From: Elusimicrobiota bacterium
GTDB lineage: Bacteria; Elusimicrobiota; Elusimicrobia; UBA1565; UBA9628
NCBI GenBank assembly: GCA_003151975.1
Contig: PLZD01000009.1
Coordinates: 65,508-129,507, forward strand
Length of the DNA: 64,000 nucleotides
Reading direction: 5' to 3'
Shown here: in pieces, positions 20,349 through 29,359 of the stretch
How positions within the stretch are numbered: the first letter of the stretch is position 1
How the letters are laid out: each line of letters opens with the position of its first letter
Made by a program: the position numbers and the translations under genes
Notes under the pieces: model-generated
What the model was told of the DNA's origin: nothing
Seen by the model: only the letters and a program-made list of their open reading frames with translations
The model's database searches: none

Positions 20349-22145
20349 ATGAAGCTCGGGCTGTTTCTCGCCCTGTGCGCGGGGGCGTTCGCGTGCGCGC
20401 CGCCCAAAACCTTGGTCGACCTCGCGCCGCCGGCGGCGCAGACCGCGGACCCCATCGAGGCGCGCTTCAATCGCGCGGCGAGTTTTGAATCCGAAGGGCG
20501 CCTGCCGGAAGCCGTCATGGAGCTGCGCGAGATCGAGGCTGAGACCGCCGACAACGATCCGCGCCGCCTGCGCGTCTTCGAGCGCCTCGGCATGATCTAC
20601 CTCGACGAGCGGGAGTGGGAGCCGGCGCACGAGGCGTTCCTCAAGGCGCTCAAGCTCGCCTCCGACCACGGCGTCGCGGGGCCCGAGGTCGCCGACTCGT
20701 ACGCCGGCATCGGCCTTAGCTTGTCGGGACAAGGGAAGTTCTATCGCGCCGCCCAGTATCTGCGGCGCGGGCTGGAGCTGGGCCCGAACCCCGAGGTCAA
20801 GCGGCGGGCCGAGAACGCTCTCGAGCGGAGCGAGAGACGCGTCGGCGAGGACCCGGAGCTCGAGGACTTCGGCCCGGAGTTCGTCGTCACCAGGATCTCG
20901 GTCGACGCAAAGTGGACCGAGGAAAGCATCATCCGCGGCAAGATTCCTTTCCGCGAGGGCGATACGATCAACGGCCGCGACCTGGCCGCGGCGCGCGCGG
21001 CGCTCTACCGGATGAACATGTTCAAGAGCGTCGACGTCTCGACCGCGCCTCTCGATGGCGGCGTCAAGGTCTCGGTGACGGTCAAGGACGGCTGGTACCT
21101 GCTGCCGCTGCCGATGATCGCGGCGGGTGCCGGCTCCGGGCGCGGAGGCATCGCCATCGAGGAGCTCAACGCCTTCAGCCAGGCCGAGTCGATGAGCCTG
21201 CAGATCCTGCGCGGGCAAAGCGGCAGCCGGACCGCGTTTACGGGCTCGCGCGACGATTGGACCGGCACGCTGTCGCGCACTCGGCAGTCCTACGGCGAGA
21301 ATATTTACGCCGACGGCGGCTACAGCGCGTCGAGCGGCCTGGGCACTCCGCTCGACGCGAACAACACCGACCACTTCGGCCCGATTCAGGATAGCTACGG
21401 CAAGAGGCTCGACGACACGATCATCTCGATCAACGGACCGATCTCCCGCGGCTTTCGCGGCGAGTGGGGCTTCGACCAGTCGTCGATCGGCTACTTCAAT
21501 CCGGGTCCGACGGCGCCGCCCGATAATGGCCGGCAAGGCAACATGTTCGGCGCGGTCAGGTACGGGAGCGGAGGCGGCGGCGGCGCGGGCGGTCTTGGAG
21601 GCGTGCTCGGCTACGGCATGGCGGGCTTGGATGACCGGATCAAGCCGCTGCGCCGGCCGCAACTCTCGCCCAGCGGCGAATTCCGGGTCATCGAGGCCGG
21701 CCGCGCGACGAAGTCGAGCTTCGGCTACGGCATGTTCCTCGCTCGCGCGGGGTTGGCTTACTCGTGGGGCCAGCACGAGAGCGTCAGCTTCACGGTCGCC
21801 GGCGGTCACGGAGCGAGCCTGCCCGACGGCAAACTGATCGCCACGGGCCGCGCGACCGCGCTGCAGGGCACTTACGCCCGAGAGTACCGCGGGCCCACCG
21901 CGGCGGGCGCCACCATCGGCTACAGCCGCTGGCTCGTGGCCAACCATTGGGGCGTGCTCCAGGGCGGCCTCTTCGCTGAGGACGGGCGCGCTTGGTTCCA
22001 CGACGTCTCGCGCGATAAGCAGGGCGTCGGCGTTTCGATGTTCTTTCGGTTCTGGCGCTTCCCTCTGCCGTTGGGCGTGTCCTACACCTACAGCATCGAT
22101 GACCGCAACGCGCTGGTCTCGGGCGCCGTCGGCGGGCGCTTTTGA
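20349..22145 (+). CDS. Outer-membrane protein with N-terminal TPR-like segment, POTRA domain and C-terminal beta-barrel (Omp85/ShlB-like)
   Basis: Lipobox-like LALCAGAFAC. POTRA-like segment VVTRISVDAKWTEESIIRGKIPFREGDTINGRDLAAARAALYRMNMFKSVDV...VKDGWYL. Glycine/aromatic-rich C-terminal half ending in F. Confidence 0.55.
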   Translation: MKLGLFLALCAGAFACAPPKTLVDLAPPAAQTADPIEARFNRAASFESEGRLPEAVMELREIEAETADNDPRRLRVFERLGMIYLDEREWEPAHEAFLKALKLASDHGVAGPEVADSYAGIGLSLSGQGKFYRAAQYLRRGLELGPNPEVKRRAENALERSERRVGEDPELEDFGPEFVVTRISVDAKWTEESIIRGKIPFREGDTINGRDLAAARAALYRMNMFKSVDVSTAPLDGGVKVSVTVKDGWYLLPLPMIAAGAGSGRGGIAIEELNAFSQAESMSLQILRGQSGSRTAFTGSRDDWTGTLSRTRQSYGENIYADGGYSASSGLGTPLDANNTDHFGPIQDSYGKRLDDTIISINGPISRGFRGEWGFDQSSIGYFNPGPTAPPDNGRQGNMFGAVRYGSGGGGGAGGLGGVLGYGMAGLDDRIKPLRRPQLSPSGEFRVIEAGRATKSSFGYGMFLARAGLAYSWGQHESVSFTVAGGHGASLPDGKLIATGRATALQGTYAREYRGPTAAGATIGYSRWLVANHWGVLQGGLFAEDGRAWFHDVSRDKQGVGVSMFFRFWRFPLPLGVSYTYSIDDRNALVSGAVGGRF

Positions 22146-22151
22146 GAAATC

Positions 22152-23894
22152 TCAGCGCGCCAGATCGACCCAGGACTTGAGGTCGTCGTAGCTGCGGAAG
22201 ACGCGGCCCAGGGCCTGGTCGTAGGCGGAAAGGTCTTCGGCCGTGACGCCGCGGTCGGCGTAAAGCGTGCGGCAGAAAAGGTCGTTGATGCTCGTGAAAT
22301 CCCGGCCGAGGCCGGGATGCTTCGAGCGCAGCCGCCAGCAATAGTCCGTCGGCGGGATGAAGTCCTCCTTCGGCTCCAACGCCCGCGCCATTCCTTTGAG
22401 GAATATCTTGTATTTCGCGATGATCTGCTCGCGCGGACTCAGGTCGTTCATCGACAGCGAGTCCAGCAAGCTCAGAATGTCCGCCGCGGGCCCGGTATGC
22501 GCCGTCTCTCTCTTTCGGCGCTTGAGCCACAGATACGCACCGGCGATCAACGCCGCCGCGGCCAACGCGATTCCCAGAAATTTGAGAAATTCCTTCGCGG
22601 CTCCTCGATAGTCGCGGGGCGGCTTGGGCTCCTCTTTCTTTACTTGAGGCTGCGACGGGCTTTGCTTGGCCGCCGCGCGGGCTTCGGTCCCGCTGCCGCG
22701 CGAGCCGCCCGCGTTCGAGTCGCCGCGGCTCTGGTCGGCTTGAGGGGCCTGTCCCTTGGAGCCGGAGTTTTGTCCAGTCGCGCCCGGGGCGCCGTCTTGA
22801 ACCTTGGCGCTCGCATTTCCGCCGCCGGATTTCGCGCCGCCGGAATTTCCGCCGCCGTTTTGATTGTCGCCGCCGGAACTCCCGCCGTTGGAGCCGCCGC
22901 CCTCTTGAACCTTTACGCTCGCATTTCCGCCGCCGGAGTTCGCCCCGCCGGAACCTCCGCCGCCGCTTTGATTGTCGCCGCCGGAGCTTCCGTTTCGCGC
23001 GCTTGAATTCTCGTTGGAACTTCGTCCGTCGGCCGCGCCGCCGATCGCGCTTCCTTCGAAAATGTCCCGGATCGCGGCGTCGTTGGCCGACGCTGCCGCG
23101 GTTCGGGAACGCGGCGCGGCATGCGGCGCGGCTTTCTTGAGCCCGTTCCGGGCCCACTCGCTCAGGCGCGAGAGTCCGCCCTGAATATGACCCATGATGA
23201 GCCCGTCGCTCAAGAGGAGGATGAGGGCGAGCAGACCGGCGTTCTTGAGGAGGCTCTCAAGGCAGGTCCCGTCGAGCCGCGGCGGCTCCTGATCGGGCGA
23301 GCCGAACTGCAGGTGGCGGCGCACGATTTGAAATAGGAGCAAGGTCAGTAGGAAAAGCGAGAAGTAGACGATCCACGAGGCGGCGGGCGAATCCGCGCGC
23401 GAGAGATAGCTCGTCACGAGCAGGGCCTGTAAACCCAGGGGCAGCATGAAGTGGCTCAGGCTCGCGGCGGGGACCAGCAGAAGAGCGGCCAGGAGATGCC
23501 ATAACGCCGAGCGCGGCATCGGAGCGCCGCCGGAGAACATTTCTTCCAAGAGCAAAAACGCGGCGACGACGCCGATGAACGCCGCGCCTCTTTTGAACTG
23601 CACGGCGGCGACTTGGCTCAGATAGCGCGATTCGTCGGACGGACCGGGGGCGCTGACGAGCTTGCTGCCGGCGAGCACGGACTCCTCGTTCTCATCCTTG
23701 GCCGCGCTGTGGGTCTCGGCCGGGTGGAAGGGCAGTTCCGCGGCGAGCCAATCCTGCGCGATGAACGCCAGGGCGTAGATCAGGGGATAGATCAAGAAGG
23801 CCGCCGCGCCGGGGTCACGCTCGATGAGCAAAGAGCCGAGGCTCAGGGTCAGGAACAGCGAGAAGCGGAACAAGGCGTACTCGGGGCTCTTCAT
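22152..23894 (-). CDS. DUF4129-domain membrane protein (third gene of the MoxR operon) with an internal Gly/Ser/Asn-rich tandem repeat
   Basis: Start taken at MKSPEY, where the ATGA overlaps the DUF58 stop. N-terminal multi-TM region, then a low-complexity linker, one TM (LGIALAAAALIAGAYLWL), and a C-terminal DUF4129-like segment (IIAKYKIFL...DYCWRLRSKHPG...). Confidence 0.7.
   Translation of the reverse strand: MKSPEYALFRFSLFLTLSLGSLLIERDPGAAAFLIYPLIYALAFIAQDWLAAELPFHPAETHSAAKDENEESVLAGSKLVSAPGPSDESRYLSQVAAVQFKRGAAFIGVVAAFLLLEEMFSGGAPMPRSALWHLLAALLLVPAASLSHFMLPLGLQALLVTSYLSRADSPAASWIVYFSLFLLTLLLFQIVRRHLQFGSPDQEPPRLDGTCLESLLKNAGLLALILLLSDGLIMGHIQGGLSRLSEWARNGLKKAAPHAAPRSRTAAASANDAAIRDIFEGSAIGGAADGRSSNENSSARNGSSGGDNQSGGGGSGGANSGGGNASVKVQEGGGSNGGSSGGDNQNGGGNSGGAKSGGGNASAKVQDGAPGATGQNSGSKGQAPQADQSRGDSNAGGSRGSGTEARAAAKQSPSQPQVKKEEPKPPRDYRGAAKEFLKFLGIALAAAALIAGAYLWLKRRKRETAHTGPAADILSLLDSLSMNDLSPREQIIAKYKIFLKGMARALEPKEDFIPPTDYCWRLRSKHPGLGRDFTSINDLFCRTLYADRGVTAEDLSAYDQALGRVFRSYDDLKSWVDLAR
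22794..23000. repeat. ~111-bp in-frame tandem duplication (2 copies) inside the DUF4129 gene linker
   Basis: The unit cttgaacct(t/a)...cgc(tc)gcatttccgccgccgga(t/g)ttcgc(g/c)ccgccggaa(tt/cc)tccgccgcc...ttgattgtcgccgccgga occurs twice back to back. The protein repeat is SGGDNQ(S/N)GGG(G/N)SGG(A/G)(N/K)SGGGNAS(V/A)KVQ(E/D)G. Confidence 0.6.
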
Positions 23895-25372
23895 CGCGCC
23901 CCTCCGGGCCGCAGAAGCGAGGCGGCCAGCGGGACATCCGGGCTCAGGATGTAGCACGGCACGCCCGCGGCCGTCAGCCGCAAGCGGGTGTTCTCGAGCG
24001 CGCGGCGTTCGGCGCCGGCCTCGGCGGCCATCAGCGCGACCGCGGGATTATTCTCGCGCCAAGCGTCGCTGATGAACGGCTTAAACTCGACGAGCAGGCA
24101 CATCACCTGGACGTTGAGGACGCGCAGGCGCAGGAGCTTGTCGAGGTGGCCCGGGTAGTCGCGGCCGACGGTGGGAGCCACGTAGATCGCCGTCGAGCCG
24201 CGGGGAATGAGCCCCGAGACGCGGTCGAGGAGGCCGCCGTCGGCGATGCCGAAAACCGGCTGGAGGTCGCGCAGAGTCGACAGGAGCAGGGCCTCGTGCC
24301 GCGCGCCCTTGCCGAAGGGCACGCGCGCTCCGTCGGAGATCAGCTGGACCTCGTTGCCGACGCCGATCTGCTGGTCGATGACGCCGACGGCCGCGTGCTT
24401 GGCCAGCTCCCAGGTGGAGCGCTCCTTGGCCCCAGCGTGGAAGCGCGCGTCCATGTTGACGATCAAGGAGACCTCGGCGTTGACGCTGCGCTCGAACTCC
24501 TTGACGAGCAGGTGCTGGTGGCGCGACGAGAGCTTCCAGCAGATGTGGCGCAGGGAGTCCCCGCGCTGATATTCCCTGATGCCGCGCCAGATTTCCGAGG
24601 CCCCGGACAGCGGCGCCTGGTACGGTCCGTAAGCGACTGACCCGTCGGAGGGACGCACCGGCAGCGCCGGCAGAGGCTCCGGCGGCGGGCTCACGACAAC
24701 CTCCCAAGGCTCGTCCTCGACGACCTCGAACTCGAAGAGGCCGAACGGATCGCAGACCAGCGCGCTCAACGGGCCCAGCCGATGCCGGCCCATGCCCCCG
24801 TCGCAGACGATGCGCTGGCTGACGCGCCGGCTCGTCCCGGGCGCGATGGCGCCGTCGATCTCCGCGGTCCGCGCCGCGCGCGCCGCGCCCGTGAAGCGGT
24901 CGATGAGGACGATCCCGTCGGCCCAAATCTTGCCCGCGTTGACGACCTCGAGCTCGACTTCGAGCTCGGCGCCCTCCGCGCAGGAGGCCGGCGCCCGGCG
25001 CTTGAGGCGCAAACCCCGCGCGACGGCGCGCGTCCGCCAATACTGATAGGCGAGGAAGGCGGCCAGCGCCAGCGCCGCCGAGGGCGCGAACAGGCGCTCC
25101 GAGCCGGGAGCGGCCGACGCCGGGCTGATGAAGTAAAACCCCAGCGGCGCGACGATGACGGACAAACCGAGCAGGAAAATGGAGGAGACGATCCTGAGGA
25201 AGGCCGGCAAGAAGCCGGCGCAGCCGACGATGACGAAAAGGAAGACGAGCAGAGGGTGGTTGATCCGTCTTCGCGTGTAGTAGGGGCTGGCGTCGATGGT
25301 GGCAAGAGACCGGCGCGGGCGCGGGCCCGTCGAGAAATACTCGGACCACGGCTTGGAGCGGACCGTTCTCAT
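23891..25372 (-). CDS. DUF58-domain protein (vWA-like), MoxR operon partner
   Basis: N-terminal TM helices followed by a DUF58 core (....GEYQ..REYQRGDSLRHICWKLSSRHQHLLVKEFE...). It sits directly downstream of the MoxR ATPase, separated by a 1-bp gap. Confidence 0.75.
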   Translation of the reverse strand: MRTVRSKPWSEYFSTGPRPRRSLATIDASPYYTRRRINHPLLVFLFVIVGCAGFLPAFLRIVSSIFLLGLSVIVAPLGFYFISPASAAPGSERLFAPSAALALAAFLAYQYWRTRAVARGLRLKRRAPASCAEGAELEVELEVVNAGKIWADGIVLIDRFTGAARAARTAEIDGAIAPGTSRRVSQRIVCDGGMGRHRLGPLSALVCDPFGLFEFEVVEDEPWEVVVSPPPEPLPALPVRPSDGSVAYGPYQAPLSGASEIWRGIREYQRGDSLRHICWKLSSRHQHLLVKEFERSVNAEVSLIVNMDARFHAGAKERSTWELAKHAAVGVIDQQIGVGNEVQLISDGARVPFGKGARHEALLLSTLRDLQPVFGIADGGLLDRVSGLIPRGSTAIYVAPTVGRDYPGHLDKLLRLRVLNVQVMCLLVEFKPFISDAWRENNPAVALMAAEAGAERRALENTRLRLTAAGVPCYILSPDVPLAASLLRPGGAR

Positions 25373-25373
25373 G

Positions 25374-26342
25374 TCATTCCAGCGGCACGCGGCTCTCCTT
25401 GATGATGGACTCGAGCACCGCCGCGGCGGTCTTGCCCGAGATGCGGGCCTCGGGGGTCAGCATCAGGCGGTGCGTGAGTATTGGCCCGAGCAGCTTGTAG
25501 ACGTGGCTGGGCGAGACGAAGTCTTGCCCCTGCATGAGCGCCAGGGTCTGCGCGCCGCGGATCAGCGCGATCGTGGCCCGGGAGCTGGCCCCCAGCTGGA
25601 TGTCGGGATGGCGGCGCGTCGCGCCGACGAGGTCCATGACGTACTCGTAGACCTTGTCGTTGACGGCGACGTTGGAGATGGCCAGCCGCACGCCGCGCAG
25701 GTCCTCCTCGATCTCGACGGCGGCCAGGTCGTTGATCGGGTGGCTCTTGTTCTGATCCTTGACGACCTGAATCTCCTCGTCGGGCTTGGGGTAGCCCATC
25801 GAGATCTTCATCATGAAGCGGTCGAGCTGCGCCTCCGGCAGCGGGAAAGTGCCGTGCTGCTCGATCGGGTTCTGCGTCGCCATCACGAAGAACAAGGGAT
25901 TGAGCGGGAAGCTGTTTCCCTCGACGGTGATCTGCCCCTCGGCCATGCTCTCGAGCAGGGCCGATTGGGTGCGCGGCGTGGCTCGGTTGATCTCGTCGGC
26001 GAGCAGAATGGTCGTGAAGAGGGGGCCCGGGATGAACTGGAACTTGTTTTCCTTCTGGTTGAGGATGTACGAGCCGATGATGTCGGAGGGCAGCAGGTCG
26101 GGCGTGAACTGGACGCGCTTGAACTGCGTCGCGCACGACTTGGCGATGGCGCGCGCCAGGATGGTCTTGCCCGTGCCCGGGCTGTCCTCGATGAGGACGT
26201 GCCCGCCCGAGAGCCAGCAGCACAGGACGAGCTGGATTTGCTCGTCCTTGCCGAGGATGGCCTTCTTGACGTTGCGCGCGATGCTGTCGATGACCTTGAC
26301 GGGTTCGCTCATGACCATAAGCATAGACCGAAAGGCCGCCAA
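25374..26342 (-). CDS. MoxR-family AAA+ ATPase
   Basis: The region GGHVLIEDSPGTGKT (Walker A) and ILLADEINRA, followed by a C-terminal MoxR-specific helical domain. Confidence 0.9.
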   Translation of the reverse strand: MAAFRSMLMVMSEPVKVIDSIARNVKKAILGKDEQIQLVLCCWLSGGHVLIEDSPGTGKTILARAIAKSCATQFKRVQFTPDLLPSDIIGSYILNQKENKFQFIPGPLFTTILLADEINRATPRTQSALLESMAEGQITVEGNSFPLNPLFFVMATQNPIEQHGTFPLPEAQLDRFMMKISMGYPKPDEEIQVVKDQNKSHPINDLAAVEIEEDLRGVRLAISNVAVNDKVYEYVMDLVGATRRHPDIQLGASSRATIALIRGAQTLALMQGQDFVSPSHVYKLLGPILTHRLMLTPEARISGKTAAAVLESIIKESRVPLE

Positions 26343-26363
26343 AGTCCAGGGGGCCGTGCTTGG

Positions 26364-26405
26364 GAAAAAGAAAGGCCCCCGAGCTCAGCGAGCCCGGGGG
26401 CCTTT
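26364..26405 (-). terminator. Rho-independent terminator-like hairpin downstream of the 26418..27167 gene
   Basis: On the minus strand the sequence reads AAAGGCCCCCGGGCTCGCTGAGCTCGGGGGCCTTT, followed by CTTTTTCC. Confidence 0.4.
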
Positions 26406-26417
26406 GGTTTCGAATTC

Positions 26418-27167
26418 TTAGCGGACGATGACTTTGTACGAGCGCGCGGCGCCGTCCTGGTCGACCGAGACGGTCGTTGGGACATGGCCGAAGCGCGGAT
26501 CGTTGGAGTCCTTCTGCTGCTTGCGCAGGACCACGGCCCACTGGATCGGGCGCATGTTGACGGCCTCGAGGAAGACTTCCTTGACGAGCTTGGGCTTGGC
26601 GCCGAGGAGCTCCTTGATGAGCGCGTCGTTGTTGAACGCCGCGAGCGCCGCCTTGGCGCTGCCGAAGTCCTTGTTGTAGAGCGAGCGCACGGCGTCGATC
26701 TTGGCCTCGTTGGCCTTGACCTGGGCCTCGTAGTCGGCCTCGAAGGCGTTAACGCGCGCGACGGAGGCGTCGGCGGCGGAAAAATCTCCGGCCTTGGCCT
26801 TCTTGAGCGAGTCTTTCACGTTATTTTTCTCGAGGTCGTAGGTCTTGGCGATCGTTTCCTTGAGAGACTTGGCCTCGAAGTGGGACGGGAGGAGCTTGGT
26901 GTTGACCCAATCCTCGTAATGGTTGGAGAGCATCTCCTTGCGCAGGGTCTCGGAGGCGTCGCTGACCTTCTCGGAGTAGTTGCGCAGCTCCTTGAGCAGG
27001 TCGAGGGCCTGATTGGATTTTCTCTCGACGATCTTGTAGCGTCCGTCGGACAAGGTTCCGGCGATAACTTGCGAGGGCTCAACGGCCCAATCGGAGTCGG
27101 CGGCGGCGAAGGCGGCGGGGGCGAGCAGGGAAACGACGGCGGCGAGGGTGATGACTCGGCTATGCAT
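26418..27167 (-). CDS. Exported coiled-coil protein of unknown function
   Basis: Signal peptide MHSRVITLAAVVSLLAPAAFAAAD. Lys/Glu-rich helical sequence. Followed by an intrinsic-terminator-like hairpin. Confidence 0.55.
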   Translation of the reverse strand: MHSRVITLAAVVSLLAPAAFAAADSDWAVEPSQVIAGTLSDGRYKIVERKSNQALDLLKELRNYSEKVSDASETLRKEMLSNHYEDWVNTKLLPSHFEAKSLKETIAKTYDLEKNNVKDSLKKAKAGDFSAADASVARVNAFEADYEAQVKANEAKIDAVRSLYNKDFGSAKAALAAFNNDALIKELLGAKPKLVKEVFLEAVNMRPIQWAVVLRKQQKDSNDPRFGHVPTTVSVDQDGAARSYKVIVR

Positions 27168-27249
27168 TATGAACGACCTCCATCCCAGGATTGAGAGGAG
27201 ATTCTAGCAAAATTTCCCCTTAGGCCGAAAGACCCACGACGGGCCTAAG

Positions 27250-29328
27250 TCAATCGGCCAGATGCTCGAGCAGGTAAGTGAACTGAAGCGAGCGCATTTT
27301 GACGCGCTCCTCGAGGTCGGCCGCCGCGCCGTGGCCGCCTTCGATGTTTTCCCAGTACAAGGCGGGATGGCCTTGCGACTCGAGCAGGGCCTCCATCTTG
27401 CGCGCGTGCACGGGACCCACGCGGTCGTCCTTGGTCGAGGTCAGGAAGAACGCCTCGGGATACTTCACGTCGCGCTTGACGTTCTGGTAAGGCGAGTAGC
27501 GTCGGATGGCGGCCGCCATCTTGGGGTCCTCGGGATCGCCGTACTCGCCGATCCAGCTGGGGCCGGCCGCGATTTTCGTGTAGCGCAGCATGTCGAGCAG
27601 GGGGACTTGGCAGACGACCGCGTTGAAAAGCTCGGGGCGCTGGACTAGCGTCGCGCCGACGAGAAGTCCGCCGTTGCTGCCGCCCATGATGCCGAGGCGC
27701 CGCGGAGAAGTGACTTTTCTTTTTATGAGGTCCTCGGCCACCGCGATGAAGTCGTCGTAAGCGCGCTGGCGGTTTTCCGTCAGCGCGGCTTCGTGCCATT
27801 TCGGCCCGAACTCGCCGCCGCCGCGGATGTTGGCCAGCGCGTAGGCCATGCCCTTTTCGATCCAGACCTTGCCCGTGTCGTTGAGGTAGTTCGGGACCAT
27901 CGAGACCTCAAAACCGCCGTAGCCGTACAGAAACGCGGGATTGGTGCCGTCGAGCTTCATATCCGACTTGTGCACGAGGAAGTAGGGGACCTTCGTGCCG
28001 TCTTTGCTGACCGCTTCGAACTGCTCGGCCACGGTCCCCTTCGCGTCGAAGCGCGCGGGAATGCTCTTGATGGGCTTGGGCTCGTCGCTCGCGGCGTCGT
28101 AGGCGTAAAGCGTCGTGGGGATCAGGAAGCTCTCGAAGGACAAGTAGACGGAGTCCTCGAAGTCGTCGGTCGCGCGCACGGAGGCCGTTCCGAGACCCGG
28201 CAAGGAGACGCTCTCCACGAGCCAGCCCGCGGGAGCGCGCGAGGCGCGCAGGATCTTGCCTTGGACGTTCTGCAGAGTGTCGAGATAGATGAAGCTCTTC
28301 GAGCTCGCCACCGAGCTGATGGAGGAGCGCTCGTCGGGCGCGTAGATGAGCTCGACCTTGTCCTCCGGCGACGCGTCCCAGACGCTCGCGGTCGGCAGCG
28401 CGACCAGCGCGCCCGCGGGAAACGTTCGCGCGCCGATCTTCCAATCGGACCGAAGCTGCGCCAGCAGGTAGCCCTGGAAGACGCCCTGGAAGTTGGCGTC
28501 ATCTGGGAATGGCAAGGCTTTTAGGCTTGCATCAGGTTCGACGATCCAATGCTTGGCCGTCCAAAAGGTCATGCCGCGGTCGACGAACGAGACGGACCCC
28601 TCGGGACGGAAGTCGGTGTAGGCGGAGACGGAGACGTCGTCGGGTTGGCCCTCGAAGAGCGTCTTGGCATCGGCCAGCGCCTGCCCGCGCGTCCACAGCT
28701 TGACGATCCGCGGGTAGCCGGATTTCGTCATCGAGCCGGGGCCGAAGTCGGTGCCGACGAACACGCGGCCGGAATCGAGCCAAGCGACGTCGGTCTTGGC
28801 TTCCGGTAAATAAAATCCGTCGGCGACGAAAGTGTCCTTCGCCACGTCGAACTCGCGTACGACGACGGCGTCCTTGCCGCCGTGCGAAAGCCGCAAGAGG
28901 CAGTCCTGGTGGGCGGGGGGAAGACAGGCCGCGCCTTCCCAAACCCAGTCTTGGCCTTCGTCCTTGTTCAACCGGTCGATGTCGAGTAGGATCTCCCATT
29001 TCGGCTCGGCTTTCGCGTATTCCTCGGGCCGGGTCCGCCGCCATAGCCCGCGCACGTGGTCGGCGTCCTGCCAGAAGTTGTAGACCCAGCCGTTGGCCAG
29101 CGTGGGGAACGGCAAGCGGTCCTTGGCCATCTGAATCTTGCGGACTTCCTTCTCGATCGCCGCGTAGCGCGGGTCCTTCGTCAGCCGGCCGAGGGACTTG
29201 TCGTTGTGGGCCTTGACCCAGTCCATGGCCTTGGGCGACTCGACGTCCTCGAGCCAGAGGAAGGGATCGGTCCCGGCGGCGCGCAGCGGCAAAATGAGCA
29301 AGGCGAGAAAACAGGATAGGATCGTCAT
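27250..29328 (-). CDS. Prolyl oligopeptidase (peptidase S9A), exported
   Basis: Signal peptide. N-terminal beta-propeller region. Catalytic-serine motif GGSNGGLLVGA in the C-terminal alpha/beta hydrolase domain. Confidence 0.88.
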   Translation of the reverse strand: MTILSCFLALLILPLRAAGTDPFLWLEDVESPKAMDWVKAHNDKSLGRLTKDPRYAAIEKEVRKIQMAKDRLPFPTLANGWVYNFWQDADHVRGLWRRTRPEEYAKAEPKWEILLDIDRLNKDEGQDWVWEGAACLPPAHQDCLLRLSHGGKDAVVVREFDVAKDTFVADGFYLPEAKTDVAWLDSGRVFVGTDFGPGSMTKSGYPRIVKLWTRGQALADAKTLFEGQPDDVSVSAYTDFRPEGSVSFVDRGMTFWTAKHWIVEPDASLKALPFPDDANFQGVFQGYLLAQLRSDWKIGARTFPAGALVALPTASVWDASPEDKVELIYAPDERSSISSVASSKSFIYLDTLQNVQGKILRASRAPAGWLVESVSLPGLGTASVRATDDFEDSVYLSFESFLIPTTLYAYDAASDEPKPIKSIPARFDAKGTVAEQFEAVSKDGTKVPYFLVHKSDMKLDGTNPAFLYGYGGFEVSMVPNYLNDTGKVWIEKGMAYALANIRGGGEFGPKWHEAALTENRQRAYDDFIAVAEDLIKRKVTSPRRLGIMGGSNGGLLVGATLVQRPELFNAVVCQVPLLDMLRYTKIAAGPSWIGEYGDPEDPKMAAAIRRYSPYQNVKRDVKYPEAFFLTSTKDDRVGPVHARKMEALLESQGHPALYWENIEGGHGAAADLEERVKMRSLQFTYLLEHLAD

Positions 29329-29359
29329 GTGGCCAATATAACTTAGTGGCCCGGGCGAG

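Noticed and set aside
19650-22001. 783-aa minus-strand ORF overlapping the TPR-like gene and the POTRA/OMP gene
   Set aside because: Ala/Arg/Gly/Pro-rich low-complexity translation without domains. The plus-strand genes have a signal peptide, a POTRA domain and a barrel terminus.
25296-27194. 632-aa plus-strand ORF spanning MoxR and the upstream exported protein
   Set aside because: Antisense to two well-supported genes. Composition is dominated by Gly/Asp/Arg/Leu with no motifs.
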